The notes beneath the pieces are model-generated. The model saw only the letters and a list, made by a program, of their open reading frames with translations, was not told the DNA's origin and made no database searches. Both the position numbers and the translations under genes were made by a program. A stretch of DNA of 64,000 nucleotides from Takakia lepidozioides (taxonomy: Eukaryota; Plantae; Bryophyta), in NCBI GenBank assembly GCA_030704615.1, contig CM060733.1, positions 72,292,001 through 72,356,000 on the forward strand. Reading direction: 5' to 3'. Of the stretch, positions 1 to 13,005 are shown piece by piece (the first letter of the stretch is position 1; every line of letters begins with the position of its first letter).

Positions 1-403
1 GAAAATAGTCCTGCTCATGTTTTTTTCGACACTTACGACTCTGCTCATGGCTCATGAAATAGCAGCCCCCTCCACAGGGTATAGTTTGAAATCTGCCACC
101 GAAGTCCATCCCCCGGATGAAAATTCGACGCCGCATTTACATCGAAGGGGGCATGGACTTCTTCATCTTGAGTGGCTATAGGCCCACCTGGCACTTACTG
201 CCCATAGTTTGCATGGCAGGGAAGGAAACTGAAACGGCTACATACATGGAGTAGCCAATCTTCATCCGTGCAGGTTCCTGTAGGGGGGAAATTTAAATGT
301 GCCCTGGAGTGTTTGTGAGGAATTGCAGCGTTTGCTTGAACTTCTTCCAGCCACCGCGCTGCTGCCTCTGTCATTGAGCGTACTCCGCTAATCTTTTTCA
401 AGG

Positions 404-1312
404 ATGCCCTGCCGCCGAAATCCTGCTGACTGCCCTTATCATGGCAACAATTATGCTATGTTCAAACCAGAATCAGGAGACATCATTGTCTGGCTCTCTG
501 TTTTCACTGACGCTTGTGGAATCAAGCGGGAGTCTTTGCGCGCAATGGAGTATTTGGAGGGCTATTACCGCTTTGAGCGAGGTGAGGGCGAGGGTCAATG
601 CGGTCCGTGGGTCCTGAAAATTGTTGACCTCAATATACCAAGGTGGAATGGGATGCCGGACAGATCACGCACGGCCTCGCTTTGGCGCTGGAACTGCTGC
701 CAGTGGACCAGGGAGGACGGCACCGGGGAAAACTATATTCGTGGAGTTCACTCCGCTCTTCCAGTGTATGGAGACATTCGGCTGAGTTGCGAAGACGAAT
801 CGCACGGGCACATGAGGCCCACAGTGACCTTGTCAATGTATGATGGTGGTATCATTGATGGGCATGACATTGTCGTCAGCTCCACCAAGGGCACCAGAAC
901 GACCGCATTGCAGTTTACCGAGGGTCAATGCGGTCCGTGGGTCCTGAAAATTGTTGACCTCGATATACCAAGGTGGAATGGGATGCCGGACAGATCACGC
1001 ACGGCCTCGCTTTGGCGCTGAAACTGCTGCCAGTGGACCAGGGAGGACGGCACTGGGGAAAACTATATTCGTGGGGTTCACTCCGCTCTTCTAGTGTATG
1101 GAGACATTCGGCTGAGTTGCGAAGACGAATCGCACGGGCACATGAGGCCCACAGTGACCTTGTCAATGTATGATGGTGGTATCATTGATGGGCATGACAT
1201 TGGCGTCAACTCCACCAAGGGCACCAGAACGACCGCATTGCAGTTTACCTCCAGGTGCCGCATCAGTAATGAGCTGGTTTTGAGGGCTATCAAAGTTCCG
1301 TCGACTTGGTGA
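404..1312 (+). pseudogene. Unknown ~190-aa protein gene disrupted by an internal 330-bp tandem duplication; possible third cargo gene of the element
   Basis: ORFs 404-1021 and 1094-1312 are in one frame. Removing one duplicate unit restores a single ORF ending ...TALQFTSRCRISNELVLRAIKVPSTW. AATAAA at 1382. No family recognised. Confidence 0.45.
589..1248 (+). repeat. Near-perfect 330-bp tandem duplication (589-918 / 919-1248)
   Basis: CGAGGGTCAATGCGGTCC...CAGTTTAC occurs twice at an offset of 330; the second unit has TGG>TGA at 1019-1021. Confidence 0.95.
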
Positions 1313-1589
1313 CGCCCATGTAGAAAGAGGAAGGGCTTAGATTTGTCTGGAGTTGCTAAATGTGAGACACCGTGTTCGATCAATAAAACAACCCATCGTA
1401 CCTCACTTCTGTGTGCTCTGTTTCAATGTATTCAAGAACTGCCGTAATTGGCCCACTGTTTACAATTTGTGGTCTCATTTCTACAATGTGCCTGTCCACA
1501 TGAATATACCAGAGTCAGCGATATCAGAGTCCTGAGGTGAAGGAAATCCATGTATGAGTAAAAGGAAACATGTACATGCTGAAGCTCGG

Positions 1590-2410
1590 AAATTCGGGAC
1601 CGCATTTCATTTTTCTCCAAGCAGCGATTTCTGGCAGCTCCCTTTCCTCCGTAACGGATATGTTGTACCGCATTTCATTTCTTGACATGGCATTACCATA
1701 CTTCGAATTGGAAATGCGGCACCGCATTCCCATATTGGACCTTGAATTGTCCAAGCATGTCCAATCGCCAATGCTTGTCCATGTCCGTTCTGGAAATGCG
1801 GCACCGCATTTCCATGCCCGTCATCAAATTTTCTTATTGGACAATGGAATGCGGTGCCGCATTTCCATCGAAGGGTCTGGAATTGGACAATCAACGATGT
1901 CTGTTTTGGAAATGCGGCGCCGCATTTCCATGTTTGGCAATCAAAAGTTCTTATTGGACATTGGAATGTGGTGCCGCATTTCCGTCCAAGGGTCTGGAAT
2001 TGGACAACAACGATGTCTGTTCTGGAAATGCGGCGCCGCATTTCCATGTACGTCATCAAAATTTCTTATTGGACAATGGAATGCGGTGCCGCATTCCCGT
2101 CTAGAATCATGGAATGCGGAGCCGCAGTTCCATCGATGGGTCTGGAGTTGGAAAAACATCCATCTCCAAAATAGAAATGCGGCACCGCATTTCCATGTCC
2201 GCCATTTAAATAACGTGTTCGACCTCCGCATGCGGGGTGGCATTTCCATTTACCTCCATGGAAGGAGCTGGCAATCGGCAAAACTGCCATGTCGAAAACG
2301 GAAATGCGGCACCGCATTTCCGTTCGGCCGAACAGTTTCCGATGTCCAAACCATGAAACGGAAAATTGTTCTTGCCCCGGTTTTGGAAATACGGTGCCGC
2401 ATTTCCGATT
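1590..2410. repeat. Array of GGAAATGCGG-NN-CCGCATTTCC palindromes downstream of the ParB-MTase gene
   Basis: Left arms at 1710, 1792, 1845, 1908, 1962, 2024, 2077, 2110, 2173 and further copies to about 2405. Confidence 0.92.
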
Positions 2411-2542
2411 TTGGGAAGGACGTGGTTTGGACGATGGTGTCGTTGAGAAGCACATGGGAGAGGGGACATGAAGGACGGGGAGAATTTCCTTTATATACTC
2501 TGGAAGAGAATTTAAATGTACAGAGAGTTCATTAAAATTCTA

Positions 2543-5500
2543 CTAATCTTGAAAATCATCACTATCGTCGTCCTGTGCTTGACTGTCTTGCTCCGCCTCC
2601 ACCCCGTCATTGCCTTTCTCATCTCCAGCGGACTGCTCGTTGGCCAGGCTTTCGAAAATCCCATCTTCCCCTTGCGGAACCGACCATCTCACCTCCGTTG
2701 GGTCGTCGTCCTCCCTGTCTGCATCGCTCTCATCCGCTGAATCACATATGAACTTTCGCACCCGTCTACCTGTCTCAGCTGCTGCCAACTCTTTCCTTAT
2801 CCTTTTGTCCTCCCTAGCCCTCTCCAAAATCTGCTCTATTTTACTGGGATTCTCACATCGTCTAATCGCTGTATTTGCGAGTTTAGCTGCATAACTAGGA
2901 AGGGAGTAGTCCTTCACCGGGCTCGTCATGAAGTCGGCCCTCGCAAAGAACGAGACATTATTCCTGGCAGGAAGTGCAGGCCCTACATGTTTCGACCCGG
3001 ATCCTGGAATCCTGCACATAACAATCACCCACAAGACCAATGAGAACCACAGTCCGGAAATGCGTTTGACAAAAAATCACCCAGAAGGCTTTGCAAACTT
3101 ACAATGTTTGCACTCACTTGTATTTCGGGTTCTCCTCGGTATCAATGTCCACTGTCTCTTCCTCCGACTCCGACAAATCTGAGGAATCTTTGGCTTCGAT
3201 GGGAGCCTTCACATTCCGTTGAAGCCCTTCCAGATGGGATCCCCAGACGGATGTGTCCTCCTCGTAGGCAAAGAGGTGCCAGTCGGAAAACCGCCCAGCC
3301 CACATTGAGGCACCTGTTACAATGCCATCCACTCATTATAACATGGCCCTTCAGATGTTGCGATTTAAAGCATAACGAGAATTTGCAGAACAGCATAGTA
3401 CAAGATTTTGCATACCTGTCCCACAGATGAGGTCGAGCACTGTGCCCTCCAAGTCAGTGCATGTCTCCATAATTGTCTGAATGAAGGCAGAGCTCTGAGT
3501 CCGTGAATACCGCAGGGGTTCCGTTGAAGTGAGGCTATGAGGGAGAAGTTCCGTGGGAACGTTGTTGAACAGGACGTCGTAATCGATGGGGTCGCAGTTT
3601 GGGTCAACCAACAATCCATCCTTCCGGAAAGCAAAGGTGGAGTTCTCCTTCACAAAGCAGCATGCATCGAACTGCTTTGTCTGCATACACAGTGGGGAAC
3701 GATTAGAAATCGAATGCGGCACCGCATTTCAAAACACCTAACAAAATGAAAGGACGAGTGCCAATGTCGTAATTACCTTCTTCCCTTCCGACCGAAGGCC
3801 CAATGTATTGATGCACGTTCACTTCTTCTTCAGAATTGGGACGACGCTCTTGCGGGTCCACTTCGCAATTCTTGTCTGCGTGTTTTTGCCTCTGCTCGCC
3901 AGGACAACCACACAGCCTCTGTCGTCCAACACCATGCGGGTGAGCCCGAATCCTTTCTTTCAAAAGTCCTCGGAGTACCTGTTCCAAGATGGCAAAGCTT
4001 GCAATCCTTCCACAGGCTCTCCGTCCAGAATATCCAAGATGATCATATCGCAAGACCACTCGGTGGCTGTTCCGCCCCTCCTACAATCCTTGTCTGGACA
4101 CACCCTCTCAAAGAATGAGACCATCTTCAGAAACCCAGGGGTGTCGGTAGGCTCTTCGGCAGCCGCCTTCTTCAGTGCTCCGCCCTTCAGACCCTCCATG
4201 GCCTTCATGTATGCCAACTTGGCTGCCTGTCCATCCAAAGCCGCCAAGAAACTCTCATTTACACACTAGACTACTGTATCGGGATCCACTCTCGGCCTCT
4301 TAATTTCCACCGGCTCAAAAGGGTGCCCCCCCGGGGGGTTGAAGAGTGCCTTCTTTGCCGAGCCTGTTCTCGTCCCTTTTGTGACAACGGTGGGCACAGG
4401 GGATTTCGGCTGCGTTTCGGGGGGTGGGCTGGTTGCAAAGTCTCCATCGGAGTCCTCTTCGTCACCCTCTTCCTGGTCTTTCTGTTTCTGCTTCTTCGTT
4501 TTCTTGGGTGTCACAACTGCTGCTCCTTGCTGGCGAGTCCTCCTCTTTGACCCCTTTTGTTGAGCCTGCATAGCTGCATCTACCGTCTTCTATGCCATCT
4601 TAGCTGCCTTTCTAGATTGTTCCAGAGCAGCAGCTTCCTTTGCCGACTCTGGCCCAGCAGGGACACATCTTTTCTTTCTCTTCTCTTATGGTTTCGCGTG
4701 TAGATCTTTCTCAGACTCGTCAACAATTCCACCAGACATGTCCAGGTAGCACGGGCATCCAACGAGATGCGCGGCATGCCATTGTTTCTGCATCTCGGGT
4801 GTGTAGACACAGCTTGGGCCCGCCACGGTCCAAGCCATGAAGAACGGGGACTCTTGAGCCAGGGCCCCTGTCTAAAGAAGCACGTATTTCATATACCTGC
4901 AGGGCAGTCAGCATGCGTGAGCAGAAGTTGAGACCAACGTATTTGCAGAGTGCAACCGAAAACATAAAATGCAAATGCGGTGCCGCATTTCCCAGACAAA
5001 CCTCATAACCAAGCTTCGTATACAAGGACAGCTGGGCTTCACCTGTAAACAATTCGCATTGCAGCTTTTCCCGCTCCCTCCTGATGTGTAAACTCCACGC
5101 TCCTTCTTGCTGTCTACAGCTCCCTGGCGAAGAGGTTGTCCTTGTACGCACATCTGAAACGTGTCACGTAGTCTTCCAATGTCTGTGTTCCATCCCATTT
5201 GACGTACAAGCCGAACAAATTTGTATGCATTACGACTTGCTCCTTCGCATTCGTCATTACCTGCGATTCCCACATGCATTGTCACGTAGCAGTTCAGGGA
5301 ATTCATTTCAGAAAAGCAAATCGGGGGAATTACCTTGAATTACTTGGAACCACCAAGTCATGCGGTTGAGCCACACATCCACTGCAGGGTCGGAAACTTT
5401 GAGTGGAAAAGACCACATTGTCCTTATACTCTCCGATGCATTCCAGATCGACAGCCATCGTGTCTGCCATTTCTGATCCAATGTCAGGAGCAGGAAGTCG

Positions 5501-7691
5501 AGTGGCTATTGCTAGGAAGGAACTTCAGTGTAATGAAACCTCATCTTCTCTTTCGCCTCAACACATGTCGTTGAGAGGTGATGCAGTTTCTCCAACTGCA
5601 TGGTCGGCTGCATGGCCCGAGAATAGTGTTTTGCAATCACGGGGATGAAGTCCTTTCCAAGTGTCGGATCTGCAATGGCCACCAGCTTCACAAGCTTTGA
5701 CTTGTATTTCGTTCTGGACTTGACCCCGGCTTCCTTCAAGTGCTAAGTCAATGACTGCAACGTTTTGACCTGCCCCTCACTTTCCATGAAGAAGTGTTTG
5801 GCATGGGCCAAATCCAGCTTGATGTTTGACTGCCAACAAAAACATGCAGAAGCGTTACATTCGATTCATGTGGAAAGATTACTGAAAATTGGGGAAAGAT
5901 GAGCAAAGGGAAATGGGAGGACAAATTACTTCGTATATCACCTCCACCATTCCATCCATAGTGAGACGATACCATGTCCGGTCAGTTTTTGCCACGGCTT
6001 TCTGAACGAGCTCGGGCTCCAGCATTTCCGCAAACATGTGCGGATCAGTGAGACCAGTTTTCCTCACCTTGTACAACATATGTGCCATGACGGTATGCAC
6101 GTACGCATTTTCAGTGACCCTGCAAGGCACACTCTCCAGTTCAGTCCACGGAAGCACGGAAACAAAACAGATTGGAAACCGAAATGCGGCACCGCATTTC
6201 AAATGTGCTTGGGAGGGTATGAGTATCTTACGAGTTGAGGTCCGCCATGGCATTCTTGAGCAGGGAGGAGTCCGCCGCCTTCACCTTGAGGATGACACAC
6301 TACACCATGTAATGCCAGCCAAAATGCTTGGCATGGTTCTGCTTGATGTACTCCCACCAGGCAAGAAGTCGGTGATTCCCGTCCCACACAAAGAACATTT
6401 TACCCGACATATGGCCGAAGTCTGGATCACCCTTCAGCGTTGCCTCGAATTCGTTGTTGCGAGTGTGCCAGTGGGTATCCCATGCTGACAATTCATCCGC
6501 AGTGGGTCCACGAGTTTCGCCGTCCTCATTCTCAATGGAAACGTAGAAGGCTGGCGAACCTAGACGGTACCCTTTTCAAAATGCGAACTTGAGCTTTACC
6601 ACATCTCCGGGAAGTACCTACCTAACGATGGGAAGGGAGACCATGCGACAAAGTGGGATTCGAAGAGTCCGCTGGAATACCCTGCTGCCCAGAACTCTGC
6701 CAATGCTACTGTCTGTCTCCTCCAACATTGTATCCGCTGCACTTTGGAATTCCTCCGGAGACATTTCTGCAGGTGGCGGTAGGGGCTGAGCAGCTGGAGC
6801 ATCCCCAACTGGAGCTGCACTCTGGGGAATCTTTGCGGGCAATTCTGCCATTGCAGAGGCCTCCTCCGGGCCTGCAGTATTCTGAAGATCTTCCTCAACA
6901 GGTCAGGTCAGGTCTTGCTGCGAACGTTGAGCAGCAGCACCCTCCTCCGGTGACAGATCGACGAAATCGGTCGATCCCATTGCCTTTGCTGCAGCAAACG
7001 CACCAGGCATCACCAGGCTAGAAATCAAGTAGGAACTGGGCTTCAGCTCATGGAATCGGTTTTGCGGGAGACTGCTCCGCCCTCCCCCTGATTGCCTTTT
7101 GCTTCCTCATTCTTGCAGGTGAAGGTGTCTGCTGCAATTGAATCTGCCCTGTACTGCTTCATTCGCTTGGGTGGGGGGGAAACGGCCTGGTCCGGTTCAG
7201 AAACCAGTTGAAGGACGGGCTGCTTCTTCTTCGTCTTTGCTGGAGAAGGGCCCGACCCCTGCTGGCGATTCTCCATGACCTTTGAACGCGAGTCGCTCTC
7301 TTGGGCTTTGAACTGCAAAAACTTGCCCTTCCAAGCCGCGTCCTTGAAACGCACAGGGCTAGGCCCGGCAGGAAGACCCGTGCTCGTGGATCGGCTGGGT
7401 GTGCGTGCTGCAGCTAGCTCCAGGGACTCTTCCTGCGGCTCTTCGGATTCCTGCGATCCCTCCAGCACCTCCACCTTTCCAATTAGGCATGCAAACATCT
7501 TCTGCATTCAAGTCTCCTAGCATACAGTCTAAGAATTGCACAAGAAAAATGAGGGGGGTTTCGGTGCTCGATTAGCTTCGCGCATCCCGATAGCACGGAG
7601 CTCTCACTGGTGGCAGGGTTGTCTGCGTGGCCTGTTGCTGCGAGATGGCAATCTCCTCCTGTACACGCATCTGCTTCCTCCCCTTTGGCAT
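2543..7691 (-). pseudogene. Multi-exon ParB/Srx-like domain + beta-class N6A/N4C DNA methyltransferase-like fusion gene, copy 1 (decayed, 3' end complete)
   Basis: IPLCRMV...FFVWDGNHRLLAW (GxxRxxA motif, about 6360-6390). CDMIILDILDG sits at the motif IV position. After splicing, IQTIMETCTDLEGTVLDLICGTG|ASMWAGRFSDWHLFAYEED gives motifs X, I and II. GT-AG introns of about 100 nt; several stops and frameshifts; start codon uncertain (7691 or 7507). Confidence 0.75.
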
Positions 7692-8036
7692 TGACCTACG
7701 TCCAAAGTACAATTTGCGGAGCTTGCGACATGTCTCTTCTCTGGTGCACCAACACCCTCCCTCTCAGGTTCGAGCATAAGAAGAACAAAGATAGGGAAAA
7801 TGGGCAAAGACGGCAGATGGAAAGGGCGCGAGAGGGGTGACAACGTAGACACGACAAAAGAAGATGAAACGGCGGTGATGCACCACTTGGGTTCGAAAGG
7901 TTGGGACGAAAGTGTCTCCTCGTGGACTATGCGTCATTACAAAAATTGAATAGTCAAAGGTACGTCTGCTGTTGGCCAAACAGACATCATTAACCAACGG
8001 TCAGGTCGCGCCGCCTCCTACCACAAGTGCAAACAT

Positions 8037-11000
8037 GGAAATGCGGTGCCGAATTTCCGTTCGTCCACGTGTTCAAATAAAATGGCATTTGCACAGCACC
8101 ATCTGGTGAGTTGGATTGAAAAGGGAAATGCGGCGCCGCATTTCCGTTCCAGAGAGTGCAAAGGCTTCAACCAGACGGAAATGCGGTACAACATTTCCGT
8201 TCCAATGCTACAGAGTATAAAGGTGTCACACGGACGGAAATGCGGCACCGCATTTCCGTTCTGGAGACCGTAAAGGTCTAACCTGGACGGAAATGCGGTG
8301 TCGCATTTCCGTTCCACTGCTATATACCTCACTTGTTGGACGGATATGCGGCACCGCATTTCCGTTCTAGAGAGTATAAAGGTATCGCCTCGACGAAAAT
8401 GCGGCACCGCATTTCCATTCGGGAGTGTATAAAGGTTCGACCTTGACGGAAATGCGGTACCGCATTTCGGTTTCACTGCTACATACCTCACTTGTTGGAC
8501 GGAAATGCGGCACTGCATTTCCGTTCGGGAGTGTATAAAGGTTTCACCTGGACGGAAATGCGGTACCGCATTTCGGTTCCACTGCTACATACCTTACTTG
8601 TTGGACGGAAATGCGGCACAGCATTTCCGTTCTAAAGAGTGTAAAGGTTTCACCTGGATGGAAATGCGGCACAGCATTTCCGTTCGGGAGTGTATAAAGG
8701 TTTCACCTGGACGGAAATGCGGTACCGCATTTCCGTTCCACTGCAACATACCTTACTTGTTGGACGGAAATGCGGCACCACATTTCCGTTCGAGAGAGTG
8801 TAAAGGTTTCACCTCGATGGAAATGCGGCACCGCATTTCCGTTGGGGAGTGTATAAATGTTTCATCTGGACGGAAATTTGGTGCCGCATTTCGGTTCCAC
8901 TGCTACATACATTACTTGTTGGACGGAAATGCGGCACCACATTTCCGTTCTAGAGAGTGTAAAGGTTTCACCTGGATGGAAATGCGGCACCGCATTTCCA
9001 TTCGGGAGTGTATAAATGTTTCACCTCGACGGAAATGCGGTGCCGCATTTCGGTTCCACTGCTACATACCTTACTTGTTGGACGGAAATGCGGCTTCAGA
9101 TTTCCGTTCGGAAGTGTATAAAAGTTTCACCTGGACGAAAATGCGGTACCGCATTTCCGTTCCACTGCTACATACCTTACTTGTTGGGCGGAAATGGGGC
9201 ACCGCATTTCCGATCGGGTGTGTATAAAGGTTTCACCTGGACGGAAATGCGGTAATGCATTTCGGTTCCACTTCTACATACCTTACTTGTTGGACGGAAA
9301 TGCAGCACCGCAATTCCGTTTTAAAGAGTGTAAATGTTTCACCTAAATGGAAATGCGGCACCACATTTCCATTCTAAAGTGTGTAAAGGTTTCACCTGGA
9401 TGGAAATGCGGCACCGCATTTCTGTTGCAGAGACTCTAAAAGTATCACATAGACGGAAATGCGGCAACGCATGTCCGTTCAGGAGAGTATTAAGGTTTCA
9501 CCTGGACGGAAATGCGGTGCCACATTTCCGTTCCACTGCTATAAACCTTAATTGTGGGACGAAAATGCGGCACCGCATTTCCATACTAGAGACTATAAAC
9601 GTTGCACCTGGACGGAAATGCGGCACATCATTTTCGTTCGGGAGAATAAAAAGGTTTCACCTAGACGGAAATGCGGTGCCGCATTTCGGTTCCACTGCTA
9701 CATACTTTACTTGTTGGACGGAAATGCGGCACCACATTTCCGTTCTAGAGAGTGTAAAGGTTTCACCTCGATGGAAATGCGGCACCGCATTTCCGTTCGG
9801 GAGTGTATAAATATTTCACCTGGACGGAAATGCGGTGCCCGCATTTTGGTTCCACTGCTACATACCTTACTTGTTGGACGGAAATGCGGCACCACATTTC
9901 CTTTCTAGAGAGTGTAAAGGTTTCACCTGGATGGAAATGCGGCACCGCATTTCCGTTTGGGAGTGTATAAATGTTTCACCTAGACGGAAATGCGGCACCG
10001 CATTTCCGTTCTCAAGAGTGTAAAGGTTTCACCTGGACGGGAATGCGGTATTGCATTTCGGTTCCACTCCTACATACCTTACTTGTTGGACGGAAATGCG
10101 GCACCGCATTTCCGTTCTAAAGAGTGTAAATGTTTCACCTGGATGGAAATGAGGCACCGCATTTCCGTTCGAAAGTGTGTAAAGGTTTCACCAAGATGGA
10201 AATGCGGCACCGCATTGGAGAGTAAAAAGTTATCAGCTGGACGGAAATGCGGCACCGCATTTCTGTTGCAGAGAGTGTAAAGGTATCACATAGACGGAAA
10301 TGCGGCAACGCATGTCCGTTCGGGAGAGTATTAAGGTTTCACCAGGACGGAAATGCGGTGCCGCATTTCCGTTCCACTGCTACAAACCTTACTTGTGGGA
10401 CGGAAATGTGGCACAACATTTCCGTTCGGGAGACTAAAAAGGTTTCATCTGGACGGAAATGCGGTGCCGCATTTCGGTTCCACTGCTACATACCTTACTT
10501 GTTGGGCGGAAATGCGGCACCACATTTCCGTTCTAGAGAGTGTAAAGGTTTCACCTGGATGAAAATGCGGCACCGCATTTCCGTTCGGGAGTGTATAGAT
10601 GTTTTACCTGGACGGAAATGCGGTGCCGCATTTCCGTTCCACTGCTACATACCTTACTTGTTGGACGGAAATGCGGCACCGCATTTCCGTTCTAAAGAGT
10701 GTAAAGGTTTCACTTGGATGGAAATGCGGCACCGCATTTCCGTTCTAAAGAGTGTAAAGGTTGCACCTCGAGGGAAATGCGGCACCGCATTTCCGTCCGG
10801 GAGAGTATAAAGGTATCAGCAGGAAGGAAATGCGGCACCGCATTTCTGTTGCAGAGAGTATAAAGGTATCACATAGACGGAACTGCGGCAACGCATGTCC
10901 GTTCGGGAGAGTATTAAGGTTTCACCTGGACGGAAATGCGGTGCCGCATTTCCGTTCCACTGCTACAAACCTTACTTGTGGGACGGAAATACGGCATCGC

Positions 11001-12535
11001 ATTTCCGTACTAGAGACTGTAAAGGTTTCACGTGGACGGAAATGGGGCACAGCATTTCCGTTCGGGAGACTAAAAAGGTTTCATCTGGACGGAAATGCGG
11101 GACCGCATTTCCGTTCGGGAGTGTATGAATGTTTCACCTGGACGGAAATGCGGTGCCGCATTTCGGTTCCACTGCTACATACCTTACTTGTTGGACGGAA
11201 ATGCGGCACCGCATTTCCGTTCTAAAGAGTGTAAAGGTTTCACCTGGATGGAAATGCGGCACGGCATTTCCGTCCGGGAGAGTATAAAGGTATCAGCTGG
11301 ACGGAAATCCGGTACCGCATTTCTGTTGCAGAGAGTGTAAAGGTATCACATAGACGGAAATGGGGCAACGCATGTCCGTTCGGGAGAGTATTAAGGTTTC
11401 ACCTGGACGGAAATGCGGTGCCGCATTTCCGATCCACTGCTACAAACCTTACTTGTGGGACGGAAATGCGGCATCACATTTCCGTACTAGAGACTGTAAA
11501 GGTTTCACGTGGACGGAAATGCGGCACAACATTTCCGTTCGGGAGACTAAAAAGGTTTCATCTGGACGGAAATGCGGTACCGCATTTCGGTTCCATTGCT
11601 ACATACCTTACTTGTTGGACGGAAATGCGGCACCACATTTCCGTTCTAGAGAGTGTAAAGGTTTCACCTGGATGGAAATGCGGCACCGCATTTCCGTTCG
11701 GGAGTGTATAAATGTTTCACCTGGACGGAAATGCGGTGCCGCATTTCGGTTCCACTGCTACATATCTTATTTGTTGGACGGAAATGCGGCACCGCATTTC
11801 CGTTCTAAAGAGTTTAAAGGTTTCACCTGGATGGAAATGCGGCACCGCATTTCCGTTCGGGTGTGTATAAAGGTTTCACCTGGACGAAAATGCGGTACTG
11901 CATTTCGGTTCCTCTGCTACATACCTTACTTGTTGGACGGAAATGTGGCACCGCATTTCCGTTCTAAAGAGTGTAAATGTTTCACCTGGATGGAAATGCG
12001 GCACTGCATTTCCGTTCTAAAGAGTGTAAACGTTTCACCTGGATGGAAATGCGGCACCGCATTTCCGTCCGGGAGAGTATAAAGGTATCAGCTGGACGGA
12101 AATGCGGCACTGCATTTCTGTTGCAGAGAGTATAAAGGTATCACATAGACGGAAATGCGGCAACGCATGTCCGTTCGGGAGAGTTTTAAGGTTTCACCTG
12201 GACGGAAATGCGGCACCGCATTTCCGTACTAGAGACTGTAAAGGTTTCACCTGGACGGAAATGCGGTGCCGCATTTCGGTTCCACTGCAAAATACCTGAC
12301 TTGTTGGACGGAAATGCGGCACCGCATTTCTGTTGCAGAGAGTATAAAGGTATGACATGGACGGAAATGCGACATTGCATTTCCGTTGGGGAGAGTACAA
12401 ATGATTCACGTGGACGGAAATGTGGTTCCGCATTTCTGTTTTGGAGAGTGTAAAGGTTTCACCTGGACGGAAATGCGGCGCCGCATATCCGTTTTGGAGA
12501 GTGTAAATGTTTCACATGGACGAAATTGGGCACCG
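8037..12535. repeat. Central palindrome array, 53-bp period, roughly 85 units, with a few recurring spacer types
   Basis: ACGGAAATGCGG(CA/TG/TA/CG)CCGCATTTCCGT; left arms at 8501, 8554, 8607, 8660, 8713. Spacers include TCTAAAGAGTGTAAAGGTTTCACCTGG, TCGGGAGTGTATAAAGGTTTCACCTGG and TCCACTGCTACATACCTTACTTGTTGG. Confidence 0.97.
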
Positions 12536-13005
12536 TCCTCTGGATTCCCTTGAAAGAGCACGGACAACAAATCGGCACCACATATTTGTTCCACACTAAA
12601 TTTGTGTCCTAGTCGATGAAAGCCATGTTAAGTGTGATCCATTGTTCCGAAACAACTAAATTGCGGCCTGTCTTAATGAGCAGAACTTGGGTGTCTTAAA
12701 GTTTAACTAACAGTGATGGCACTTGTCTGTGTAAACGTTCATGTCTGCACCGAGAATATTGCTGGATGTACCCTAAGGAGAGACTGTCAGGAGTTGTTAT
12801 TTATTCGCCGAATCGGCCATCATTGTCATACTTACTGTCATATCACACCTCCCACCTTCACGCATGTAGCTTGAGACATTCTTTTCCACTTCAATGTGCG
12901 ACTTCCAATCGTGGATGGACTCCGCAGTTCCCATTACGTGGTGCCTGTGAGCCTTGGTCTGTCCCTATAGTGAACCTCGCACTTGCCAAATTCGTGTTGT
13001 GTTCG

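Noticed and set aside
2543-7691. Bacterial or phage contamination as the source of the ParB-MTase gene
   Set aside because: Spliceosomal introns interrupt the conserved motifs, the gene is linked to a eukaryotic MULE transposase, and it occurs twice within plant sequence.
1570-12453. Many ORFs with MRHRISV / KCGTAFP / GNAAPHF peptides in the arrays (1570-2535, 8018-12453; also 43985-45514)
   Set aside because: These are six-frame translations of the stop-poor palindrome on both strands, not credible genes.
8037-12535. CRISPR-like appearance of the palindromic repeat + spacer arrays (also 43638-45545)
   Set aside because: Spacers are a few recurring types arranged in higher-order repeats rather than unique sequences; no cas genes; the context is eukaryotic and intron-containing.
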